Below are positions 36,105-47,600 of a stretch of DNA of 64,000 nucleotides, in pieces; the first letter of the stretch is position 1; each line of letters begins with the position of its first letter. The position numbers and the translations under genes are program-made. The stretch is taken from NCBI GenBank assembly GCA_964252035.1, contig OZ176205.1, one strand, 5' to 3'. Below the pieces are notes generated by a model. That model was not told where the DNA came from, ran no database searches, and was given only the letters and a program-made list of their open reading frames with translations. The DNA is from Podarcis erhardii (Eukaryota).

Positions 36105-37905
36105 TTAAAGCTTTTGGCTTCCATCCAAGAAAGTCATTTACATGCAAGTAATACTTGGAATTTATATAGACGCTCAAAAGAATTGCATAGAAGTCAAAGG
36201 AAGAAATCAGTTGAGTTAAAGGAGTAGGCACTGCTGCAGAGAAATCTTCAAAGATCCTGTTACGTGCCTGTGATTGAGTTTATTTGAGCCAGGTTCACTG
36301 TCTCCAGTAATTCAAAGTGGACTGGTGTATTTTGCCATCTCACAACAAAAAACTAATGTGAGCATGGTAAACATAATGGGTTGGATCCAACAGTGCCCTT
36401 CTGCCCACAGAGGGAGGCTTCTACTAACAGAATGGCTATTTCACATAACACACAGAAGGTTTGTTTGAGAAAGATGAAGCAAACAGCATAATCCTAACCA
36501 TTTCTACTCAGAAGCCAGTCCTGTTGAAAGCAATGGGGCTTGCTTCCAGGTAAATGGGGTTAGGATTGCAGCGTAAAACCAGAATTGTTATTCCTTTGGT
36601 GCAGCATCAAATTCAACCTCTTGCACAAGCTGGGGAACTGCTATAGAACCTACCAATTTATAGCGCCACATGTATTTGCAGAAAAGTGCTGTGTGCTATT
36701 TTCCTTCCACTCACTGTTCTTTGAATCTCAGCTCTGTAGTTTGGATTCAAAGCAATGATTACCAACGTATATACAGATTTTGGAAACACACAGAGTCACC
36801 TGTTACACAGAACTGTATGCCTGGTTTTCCATTATTCACATAATTATTTATATCTTTTGAGTGTCGGTTACATGCACCCAGGAAGACTTCTGCATGGGCA
36901 TCTCATCAGGGTTATGCCACAGTATAATTTTAGCGCTGAATTGGTGGTGTGATCTTTGGGCATATTCACATAGCTTTCAAGTCACATTCAGAACGTTCAT
37001 GAAGCATAGATCTCCCAAGACTGTACCACCACTCTAGGTGGGGCAATAGCGTTTTCCTTCATGTGGAAAAGTGGCATATCAGGGAATGAGTTGAACTAGT
37101 AACCTTTTCTCTAACATGTTAAGTTTTCTGGAAGGGAATGCTCAGACATGTGATCCTACACCTGCTGTCTGTAGTGGAACAGTCCCAGAAAGTCTATACA
37201 GTACTGTAATTTTTTCTGAATGCATAGTTTGGATAAATCTGCACAATACACAAGTGCAAAATTCCAGTGTCTAAACTGTTCTAGATTTTCCTCTTTGACC
37301 ACTGCACTTAAGCAGATTGCCATAGGCTGGTGGACAGCATGTCTGGCTTTCTTGTTTTCGCCATGAGGAAAAGGTGATGCCTCCTCCCCCCCCCCATGAG
37401 ATTATATGCACCCCAGACTAGCAGCCTTGTGTGTGTTCTATCCTGCACACCAGAGTCTGTGGTAACCCTGGTAACATGAACATGGGAAGGTAATTTAAGC
37501 CTTCAGCTGGGAGCTGTAACACAGGTTGGTTTATACACAAGTTGGAAAACCAGCACATTCAGTGTGCATAATTGCTGGCTGTGGGGGGGCAAGCACTTGA
37601 CTGCTTATAGGCTGCGTATAAAAAGCTAACCCTTTCAGGGAGGTGAGGGGATGAAGTCACAGAGATTCACGACCAAAGAGGCAGGCCCACTCTCAAGCCA
37701 CGTTCTTCAGTACATTTGCTGGTGAGTAATTACCATGGGTTTAGCAAAGCCACTCACAAGTAAATGCACCGAGTACTGAAATTATCGGAGTTTAGGGGCG
37801 GGCGGGTTGAAGAACCAATGCTTTTATTTTTATTTTTCCTCGTTGCTTGTCATAACCAAGTCACTTATACTGATTATGCTTTTCTCTTTCTACTCCTCCT
37901 TGCAG

Positions 37906-38141
37906 CAAACGTATGTGACAATGAACTTCAGATTTGCCAGAATGGGGGAACATGCCACAACAACGTCCGCTGCCAGTGCCCCGCAGCCTACACTGGTGTG
38001 TTGTGTGAGAAGCGGAGTTGCGAAATGGACCCAGACGGTTGCAGTCAAAGCTCTGCGCAAGGGGCAATATCATTACCACGTGTTATACTCCTATTACCAC
38101 TGATTGCCCCATTAGGATTAAGTGGGTTTCTCATATTCTAG
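37906..38141 (+). CDS. NTNG1: NTNG1 terminal coding exon: EGF-like domain plus GPI-anchor signal, (S)NVCDNELQICQNGGTCHNNVRCQCPAAYTGVLCEKRSCEMDPDGCSQSSAQGAISLPRVILLLPLIAPLGLSGFLIF*
   Basis: Branch-like TACTGAT at about 37868, long pyrimidine tract, tgcag|CA acceptor. 6-Cys EGF, hydrophobic C-terminal tail, TAG at 38139-38141. Confidence 0.97.
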
Positions 38142-39245
38142 GCAACCCAGCTTTGGAGGGTCGACTTCAGACTGCTTAAAACAAAAAAAGAACATGCCAC
38201 AGGAAATCTGGGGAAAAGAAATTGCAGCAGCAGCAGCAAGCAGATGCTAATAAGTCTTTCAAAAACATAAAAGGGGGAAAACTAAAATCTCCACACATAT
38301 ATAGACTCTATAAAGGCCCAAACGAACTAAGCCATATCTATCCATTGTGGACAACCCAGCGAGTCAAGACTGTTATTTTCTGACTCAAGCTTAAGTCGGC
38401 AGCTGCCAATACTATTACTACTAAGTCACAGCTGCAAAAGCTTACACAGGATCGAAAAGGCTTTCGTAACCACCCCCAGACGGGAATACAAAAAAAGAAA
38501 GAAAGAAAGAAACTACAAAACCTTGCTCCTCCAATCTGGTGCGCAACTGTACCTCTTCCCAGTGTGTGGACCAACCAAATAGAGGCAATTCTTTGCTGTC
38601 AGTGCATTGTGGGTATAAGGAAATCTGTTTCAAAGCTGCCATATTGGCCTGCTTCAGCCCCTGAAATTCCCTTTCCAACTGTGCTTTAGTGAACGTTGCT
38701 CTGTAACCCTTGTTGGTTGAACGATTTCTTTGTCTGATGTTAGTAAATGCACATGTGTACCAGCTCCCTCCTCAATAAATCTAAAGCCAGTCATACCCTT
38801 GTATATTTCAGAAGCACTGCATCAAGTTCATGCAGTGCTGACCTACTGTACAAGAGTGGCTATAGGACAAAAAAAAAAAAAGAGTGTATTTATCCTTTTG
38901 TATTCAAATGAAGTTATTTTTCTTGACTAACGTAAGACGTAGATTTTTTGTATTATTGCCAATTTGTGTTAACAGACAATTTATTAATGTACTTTAATCC
39001 TAATCAGATTAAGGGGGGGAAGTTATTTTTTATTTTCATCCTTTTTTTTCTTTCTTTTTTTTCTTTCGCTTTTCATTTAATTGTGCAGAGATTTCTCTGT
39101 ATGGGCAACGTGCTGGCATCAAAGAATATCAGTTTACATATTATAGCAAGTGTAATAAGATTCCACCAAAGGACATTCTAAATGTTTTCTGTTGCTTTAA
39201 CACTGGAAGATTTAAGAGAATAAAGATTCCTGCGTAAACAATTTC
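38142..39245 (+). other. NTNG1: NTNG1 3' UTR (end inferred)
   Basis: TE-free, U-rich sequence between the stop codon and AATAAA 39219-39224. A possible proximal AATAAA lies at 38774-38779. Confidence 0.65.
39219..39224 (+). terminator. polyadenylation signal AATAAA
   Basis: Canonical hexamer followed about 25 nt later by a GU/U-rich stretch. The first TE-derived sequence appears about 230 nt downstream. Confidence 0.6.
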
Positions 39246-39454
39246 AGGGATTAGTATTGCAATTTCTTAACTGCATATTACCAGTTTGATGGAATAGAAA
39301 TTCAAATGCAGAATTGTGCAAACACAATGAGATGGATGTGAAAGAAAACTCCCCAAATGATTCAGAGACAGCAATTATGAGTGGCAAGGCCATGGTAGGT
39401 AATATTTCAGCTGGCAGACAAGCTCAATTCATTTCCTTCAAATCAATTGAGTTT

Positions 39455-39540
39455 AGCTACAATCATATACCAACTTACTTGGGAGCAAGCCCCATTGGCC
39501 TCAATGGGACTTACCTCTGAGTAGGATGCCTAGGATTACA
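39455..39540. mobile_element. copy of the ~90-bp palindromic MITE-like family
   Basis: GCTACAATCATAT...CCCCATTGGCCTCAATGGGACTTAC...CCTAGGATTACA. Confidence 0.65.
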
Positions 39541-40059
39541 AGTGTCAAAATACTAATTATAATTTCTGCTAACTAATTTATTCACAGTAATACGTATAAC
39601 ACATAACATACATGTATCAAAATAGCTTTATAAAGCTGAAATGAAATCAATGTTCACAATTCATATTTCAATGTTTATTTTTTTTAAGTCAAGCTCCAAT
39701 ACATGAAACTTACAAGTCAAAATATGACATGAAAATTCAGCATTCAAATATTTGGACTGGTTAAATGAATGAAGGTAATATAAAGTACGTAAGTATAAGT
39801 AATCTATGCAAAACTGCCAAATACTGATTGCTACTATGTCAGATACAGTCAACTTATCTAATTAATTAACTGTATAGCATGCCTTCAACAAAGAGGTTCC
39901 CAGGATAACTGACAAAAGATAAAAGAACAAAACACTATCATAAACAATCAAAATGGTACTAGACTGGCAGCTTCTAGCAGCATTTTTAACAGTTTGAAAA
40001 AGCCAAGAAAATGCAAGTTTCATCACTGCAAAGATGAAGGCACTAGGCAAATCCCCTGG

Positions 40060-40190
40060 GAAGGAATTTCCAAAGGCAGGGTGCCACAACCAAGAAGGCC
40101 ATATTCCTAGTTCCCACTTATGAAGACCAAGGCACTCACAGGAGAACCTTTGTAGATACCTTCAGTGCACATACTGGTTGATACGGAATG
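40060..40190 (-). mobile_element. probable old L2 fragment
   Basis: GGAATTTCCAAAGGCAGGGTGCCACAACCAAGAAGGCC resembles the motif at about 7815-7850 within the L2 fragment. Confidence 0.35.
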
Positions 40191-40879
40191 AAGTGCTTGT
40201 TGTGTTTATTGCCATGTGTTAGAAACTATCAAACACTGATTGGTATTGCATGCCAGGTCCCCAGTACTGTTAAACACTGATGGATACATGTCAGCAACTG
40301 ACTAGGGCTGAATGCCACTTGTCAGATATCAGATATATTGACTATTGTTGCAAAACCTTTGAGTGCCAGTGCTGAATTTTCAAGTATATGTCAAATATGT
40401 GCGCATCAATATAATATCCGTGATCAAAAATTCTGAAAGCATTATTACTGGGGCGGGGTGGGGGCATTTTGCTATACACTTAAGCTAAAATAGGTCTGTG
40501 GTTAGCAGATGTGTGCTATGATTGCCAGTGCTGTGGAGCCTCCAATGTTTGCCTCCAATGTTAGACTCTGAATAGGTGCTACCAGGAGAATGATTTGCAT
40601 CTGTTTTACAGAGATAGTTAACTCAATGGATGCATATAAGTGAGATGCAAGATCTCAACTTACCTGATACACTGCTTCATGCCTCAACATAGCAGGGGAA
40701 GCCTGCACAGCACAAGGCTATGGTAGTATGATTTACACTACGATAGCCCTTCCATGATCTACTTTCTCTGTGCAGTAAGAGATGGATCAGATGGACTCAC
40801 ATTTTTGCCATGTTTTGGGGAAAACAGCAGAACTGGGCTTGTGACACATCATTAGAATAAAATAGACTGAATATATAAA

Positions 40880-41460
40880 TATTGGGAGTGTTTGGACATA
40901 CGTAGCTGAATAAAAGCCATAATTGTCTGCATTTGATTGGAATGTGTTCAGAAGTCTGAAAGGCTTTCACAAATAGGCACTAGATGGAAATCATGGTGCT
41001 ATAACAGCATGCTAGAAAGAAAAGTGGAATTCCTTGGTTTTTACAATAGCACTTACTAAGTTTGCATGTAATGACGCTCCCCCAAATATTATCAATCCAC
41101 TGCTGTTTAGAAGGCGGTCTGGCAGACTTCCAGGTACACGCTAAACATTGCTTTCCTGTTGCATCAGGTATCCAGAGTTGCAGGTTCAAAACAATGAAGC
41201 AGCATAGCTTTATGAATTACCTATGGTCTAGCGTAGAGAAAATTTTGGTAGTAATGAATTACATTCCCCAAACTCATGCACAGCTGGGCATGCCCACCAA
41301 AAGTGGAAGTATAAACAGATTTGAACACAGCTCTCCCAAGAATGCTAACTATGGTTTGAACGCCTTTGTGGTGGTAACGAACCACGTACTGAGAACTTTA
41401 CAGGACATCTTTGCCCCACAGTCATCTTTTCCAATACTTAAGCCTAAAATTCATCTTCTT
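40880..41460 (-). mobile_element. L1-clade ORF2 C-terminal remnant
   Basis: Minus-strand peptides in the expected order: TWFVTTTKAFK (cf. RWY.TP.KL.K), LYFHFWWACP (Cys/His knuckle H.WW.CP), KQCLACTWKSARPPSKQQWIDNIW (cf. K..IA..WK...PP....W). Confidence 0.7.
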
Positions 41461-43786
41461 AACTGAAATTTATTCTGCTGCAAAACATCTGGAGAAGGTT
41501 GACAGTAATGAAGTAGCTGTAGATTCCAACGGCCCATCATCTGAATATTCATATGCATCCCAAACCTTAGTCTGCCTAAGGAAATGTATGGACAACCCCC
41601 ACCCTATGCATAAAAGAGCACAGCTGCATGATTTAAGTTTTAATAAAGCCAGATTTAGTATTTAAAAAGAAGTGTCAAAATATACAGTAGCACGTAGTGG
41701 GGAAAGTGCTGCTCTAGCAAATAAAAGTTTGTTTAAAAGTATTGCCCAAGGTGTAATAAATTCTTGTTTCTGCCTTTTATTAGCCCAATTACCGCATGTG
41801 ACAGCAAGAGATGGAGCAAGGAGTGGAAGCAAAAAATACTAAACACAGCAATGTTTCAAAGACAAGGAAGAATCAAAAAGTGGCAACACAGGGCGAATTT
41901 GCTTAGGAGCAGATATTCTATCACACATAATGCAAATATTTTACCAATATAATAGCCTCGAATGGAAAACAATTAATCAGCACAGACAGAAAGCCCAAGA
42001 GAATCCAGCTATTTTGTTCCCTCCAGGCTCTGTATTCTCTGAATCAGGCAGTCTATAGTCTTTGAATCATCTTTGATAGACTTGCCTGCACCTCAAGGGA
42101 ATAATGATTTGGCTGGCAAATACTCCCCAGGAACACCCACCAGGGGAGAAGTCTGTCTTATCAGTTTTGTTTCTCAGAAAGCCAATATAGATAATGACAG
42201 TAGCAGTAAACTGGTGATATTTGTGGAGTCCTCCACAGCAGCACAGCTGATGGAATGTTTGTTATTTGCACCATCAGGCTTTTTGGGTGTACTGGAATAA
42301 GATAAGGCAAAGATAAATTAAAGCTTTGGCTGACTGCCAGCAACGACCTACATGAAATTGTAGATTTACACCAGAAGTGCACTCATGATAATAAACAGAA
42401 AATTATATTGCAGCCTCACAGAGGAGTGTAAATGCAAATACAGCTGACTGACACATGGCACCAAGGATTACTTATAATTAAAGTGGATTTCTAATATTGA
42501 AATGTGGAATTTAAGCTGCCTGGAAATTTATTAGAACAGACCAAAAAAACCCAGGCTGTGTAATTATCAGAAAAGAAAATGCTCAGGAGGTAGATTGTGC
42601 ATGTTTGATTATACAGGAATTTGCAAGCCAATGGCAAACTACTATGAATTTCATACTTCGGCCATTTGACTAATTCAGCGTACCCTAAGGAGAATCTCAA
42701 CTTGTGTTTCTCTAACAAGAGCCTCCCACAGTTAACGGCAAACTGCATTTGAACTGAAGGAGAATTTCAAAAGCAGTTTGTGGGGTGGCATGAGGATTTG
42801 TCTTTCAAAGAAAAAGCCAAAAAACCACAACCCCACTAGGCACACCCAGTCCCGTGGACATACCTCTAGTAGCTCTTTGAACACTGACCAGGATGTTCTG
42901 TTTGTTCACTGAATGATCTTAGAGGTGTGTGTTTATTTCAGGAGCAAGGAGCAAATAGGCCAGATTCATAGAAACAACATGCACTGACGATATTAAAAAA
43001 AACAAAAAACTTCTGTCTATTCATAGCTCCGTAGGATGTCCCTATACCAAGGGCGGTCCAACACACAGCATTTTATGGCATGGAGAGAGGGGCTATGTGA
43101 GGTATTGTTGCGATCTAACACTTATCAGCCAAAACCTGGCATAGAATTCAGAATACCTGTACAAAATAGCTTCTAATTCCATTCAAGTTAACCATATCTT
43201 GCACTGTACCCATTGTTTTCATTCATCTCTGAAAAGTTATACAACCCATCTGGTCAGGCATATACTAAGGTTGATAGATACAGTGAATTTCTTCATTAAA
43301 AGGGAAAAGAAATCCTTTGGCATCAGTAGTCTCTACAGTTCCTTTGTAGTGAAGTGTCAAGAGTGAAACAGAAACACAGAATGGATGTGAGTTTTAGATA
43401 AATTAGTTATTCAGTTTCCTTTTAAAACAGGGCCTACTTCAAAAATGCAGGATTGAAAGTCGGGGGCCGACGGTAGGACCAAGACCTGGACTTAATATGT
43501 TTTTCTTCCCCAATCAAACCATCCCCAAGTAGGTTACATGTTGTTGGAAGGTTTCAAAGTACATTAGAAGGCCCACTGACCTGGTGAGAAACACTGCAGT
43601 TTGAGAAATGAAGCAGTTGAATGGCTATTTATTTATTTTACTCAGAACATTTTAAAACTGCTCTTGAGCTAGAAAGGATCCAAGGGGAGTTGCTTTCCAT
43701 AAGATCAAGACATCATCTCTGCCCACAGGATGCCAATCTAAAACACATGACACTTGTCACGCAGGCAAGTTTTACCTTGGCACTAA

Positions 43787-44024
43787 GAGAGCCAGTGTGG
43801 TGTAGTGGTTAAGAGTGGTAGACTCGTAATCTGGTTCACATCTCCGCTCCTCCACATGCAGTAGCTGGGTGACCTTGGGCTAGTCACACTTCTCTGAAGT
43901 CTCTCAGCCTCACTCACATCACAGAGTGTTTGTTGTGGGGGAGGAAGGGAAAGGAGAATGTTAGCCACTTTGAGACTCCTTAGGGTAGTGATAAAGCGGG
44001 ATATCAAATCCAAACGCTTCTTCT
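43787..44024 (+). mobile_element. Squam3 SINE, young copy
   Basis: GAGAGCCAGTGTGGTGTAGTGGTTAAGAG (A box) ... GGTGACCTTGGGCTAGTCAC (MIR-like core) ... GATAAAGCGGGATATCAAATCCAAAC plus a (CTT) tail. Confidence 0.9.
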
Positions 44025-44028
44025 AGCC

Positions 44029-44674
44029 CAGGGGTCAGCAATCCGCGGCTCCGGAGCTGCATGTGGCTCTTTTACACCTTTGCCGCAGCTCAGGGGCGGA
44101 TACTAGCGAGGGGAGGAGGCGCAATGTCCGCCCCAACACTCCCCACTGTGGCGGGCGCTGTACTGGCTGTGACGTCACATGGGGGCAGTGCGTGCATTAG
44201 TCACGCACCGTCCCGACGTCACCTTCCCGCCCGCCCGCCCGCTACATTGTAAGGCGCATGTATGGTGGTCACTACTACATTGTAAGGGGCATGTATGCTG
44301 GTCACTACATTGAAAGGGGCATGTACACTGGTCACTGCATTGAAAGGGGGCATGTACGCTGGTCACTGTTTTGAAGGGGAGTGAAGAACACACACACACA
44401 AAAAAGGTAACTTGTTAATTTAACGTTTATTTCTATGAGGAGGAGTAATTCTGAGGGGTCAAACAAAGAAATAATAAAAAAGTGACAAAAAAGTTATTTT
44501 TATAATGACGAGGATGACATTGGGCCCTCATTATTAATTATTATTTACATCAGGCACTGATTATGATTTATGGTACACTGAGGCCCTGATTAATTTTCTA
44601 TGTCGCAATGGTTTTGCGGCTCCCAGGTGTTTTTTTTTCCTGTCTCTTTTTGTCTTAAAGGTTGCAGACCACTG
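44029..44674. mobile_element. 646-bp non-autonomous hAT (Charlie-like) transposon
   Basis: TIR CAGGGGTCAGCAA / TTGCAGACCACTG, perfect 8-bp TSD TTCTAGCC (44021-44028, 44675-44682), CpG-rich left arm, no transposase ORF. Confidence 0.92.
44242..44379. repeat. ~30-bp minisatellite (about 4.5 units) inside the hAT element
   Basis: Unit CTACATTG(T/A)AAGGGGCATGTA(T/C)(G/A)CTGGTCA with small variants. Confidence 0.9.
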
Positions 44675-47600
44675 TTCTAGCCACTCAAATGTTCTAGGAT
44701 CTGCCACTCAAATGTTTTTTTCATAGTGATGGAGGCAAATGTATCAACGCTGTTTGGCCGTAAGAAACCTATGGCGCACAGTATTATCCAGGCTTGCCAG
44801 GAGCAACAATTGCAGTGGTGAAACTAGGGAGTTTTTAGAAAGCAATTTGGCAGAGATATATGGCCCTGGGCACCGGACAATGGTATAACTTCAGCAGCCT
44901 ATGCCATTACACTTAACAGGACAGGATTGGACTGCTCAATGTACAAATACTGCATTGCACAATGGAATCTCCTAGGTGAGACATCTTAGTGTTTAAATAT
45001 TGCTCTTTCATTATCCGTTTTCATTCTTGCTTACTTTAATTCCAGTTTCATTTCACAATATTCTAGATAGATATTTAAATAAGCAAAGGCTCTGGTATTC
45101 CTACATTTTTCTGACATGAAATGAATAGGTTAGTTTATAATTAATGCTTTAATTCCTGCCTTGCTCTACTCTCATATTGGGGCTGGGGGGGGGGGGGCAG
45201 AAATCTGGATGGCAAATTAAAGAGTGGCAACATTTAAGATTAAGTGATAATTTTATTAACTTCCAATAATTGCTACTGAAATAGGCCATTATTCCATGAT
45301 ATGTAATTATGGTAATATTCAGACCTGCTGAGGAAAATTAGGGAGATCTCAAGAGTAAAAATAATGTCCATTTTGTTCCCCTTGTCATAAAATTTTTCTC
45401 AGATGTAGTTTTTACTGTTCTTTCATTAGGGAACTAAAAATTCTGGTGGAAGGATGATTTATGAAAATTAAATGTGCAAATTCCATTTTTATCTGCATAA
45501 TCCCTAAGACTCCCACATATGGCAGAGTAACGCTTTAAAAGTAGTGTTCACAGGGCTATTGGGTTTTTGGAAGGACTAGGGGACAGATTCCACTTACATT
45601 TGGGCCTATGGTCCAAAGTCTTTGGATGCTTCCATGACCACTTACAGTAAATTGTCAGCAAATTTACTATGGAAAAGTAGTGTGTGGTATTGTTTTAATT
45701 TTAAGAAATCTGGTGCATTTTTTAAAAAATTGGACGGTCCATTCAGACCTTCTCCTGGAAAAGATAACCTGCACTGTGGCAGAGGATTTGCAAAGGCCTC
45801 CGAGCACCAGCTCCACCTAGATTGGGCTTTTCAGCTTATGGAAACACATATACAACACCAGTTTTCATGCTTGTTCTCTCTTTTGGATTAGGACATTTGT
45901 TTTGGGGACAGCCAAATATCTAGTGTACCAATTTACATGACTGGAGTCACATGGATTTCCACCACCAGTTGAACACAGTTTTTCTTTTTGGTAATGCATC
46001 TTGGCACAGCTGCATCTGACTCTTGGCAGGGTTTTTGTACAGCAATCATAGGCAGCCATAAGTGTCATCAAACCAGGCATCTTCAAATTATTATGTAAAA
46101 TATTATCCATCTAATTTACAAGTAGGTGTAACCAGGCATATTAACTCATTAATGATTCTAAGGCTGCAAGCCTCCAACTGTTTTGGTTGCAGCAATTTTG
46201 TTGAGTAATTGAACAGGCTTACTCCAGAGTAACTTGTTGGAGGCTACAGGCAAAAAAAAAAAAAAAATCTGCTTTACCTACAGCAACAAACAAACTGTGA
46301 AAGTCAAATAAAGGAGATCCTAAATTATCCCAACGGAGGAATGATTCTCATAAAAGTGATTTTTAGCTGCCGTTTAGAATGCAAAGTTAATTAACGCAAG
46401 GCATTGGGATATATCTGGAGGACAATAATGCTTTAATAGAAACATTAATGTGCATCTTTTAGAAATAAATTGAGGACATATTGAAATATAGGAAGGACGG
46501 AAACAGTAAACAAAAAAATAAGGAAAATGTCAAAGTAGCACATGACCTCATTGGTTGCATTCATGCATTCTAAGCTTCTATTGTCATTACATCTCTTAAT
46601 CCATGGATGATTCAAGAGTATAAATGGAGTTTCCATATTATACTCCTGGAGCTTACCAGGTGCCATTTTGACACAACACAGTGCAGCACTACATGGTTGG
46701 TCCTAAACATTTCTATACCCCAGAAAGGAATGCAAACCTCACCACTCATTCTCACTGTCTTCTCTTACCCAGAAGATTAATTATAAGTTATAAGACAGAT
46801 AAATAAATGCAAGATACATAAGTTTTTTCTCATTTGTTTGTTATACTGAGGAAGGTGCAAGGCTCATTGTTAAACCTGGAGAAAGTGGTGAAGGGTTTGA
46901 GAAAAGAGGGTGAGCTTAAGCAGACCATTAATATATTTTACCTCTCTCAATAGCATTTTCCAACCCAATTTCCCCTAACTCAGGAATAGGAGAAGAGATT
47001 AAAAACAACAACAACCACCTGGATAGAAGAAATGGAAGGAGATTTTCAGAGGAGAACAGCAAGCATGGGAAGAATTATGTGTCTGACTTTTTGGTTTTTC
47101 CTTTACAAATACCTCCTACGTTTGCACTGCCTTGGCAAACACAGTACCTTGTACAGCAGTCCCACAAAATTTACATGCATTTAACCTGTGCACATTCAGT
47201 TTTGTGTGTGTTGCAAGAAAAAAATCAAATAAATAACAATAAAAAGGGGGCAGGCATCCAGGAAAAATGACTTCGGCAATCCTGCCCACCATTGCATTGA
47301 ATGTGTTTTAACTAGACACGATTTTGGCTTTAGGTGCAATCCACAGAATGCAACCCCTGCAAAAATTGAGGGCTTACTATAGTTCAATCTCCTCCCCGAT
47401 ACTGTTTCTGCTTGCTCGGGTTTTACACAAAATGCCTTTTACACCCCTTCCTTTCTTGCCCACTTCACTAGCCTCTCTTTCCCCCCTCCAGTCAGCTTAC
47501 TGCTCCATACCTCCCATAGGTCAAGCAGTGAGAGAAATCCCATGTGTATGATACAAATGAGCCACCATTGAAGAGAAATGTTAGGGACCTGGTGATCAAG

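Larger units (their letters stand above)
1..39245 (+). other. NTNG1: 3' portion of the netrin-G1 gene (gene starts upstream of the window)
   Basis: Four GT-AG exons splice in frame to VAPKLALSTVSSVQVANHKR / [17 protein letters not shown]...DDENVCI / ECNC...GCQ / SNVCDNELQICQNGGTCHNNVRC...GPI tail. [24 protein letters not shown] and CQNGGTCHNNVRC match NTNG1 as I recall it, not NTNG2 (CECYG...IDFL, CQHCRLGY, TCLQNQRC). Confidence 0.95.

Noticed and set aside
37764-37905. N-terminal part of the 125-aa ORF preceding the terminal exon
   Set aside because: This is the intronic branch point and polypyrimidine tract read in frame. The exon starts at 37906.
43787-43860. tRNA-like A/B-box heads here and at 4194, 6848 and 51313
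   Set aside because: These are SINE heads with SINE bodies, tails and in some cases TSDs, not tRNA genes.
44242-44379. Regularly spaced ~30-bp repeats superficially like a CRISPR array
   Set aside because: Head-to-tail units without unique spacers, inside a vertebrate transposon, and no cas genes.
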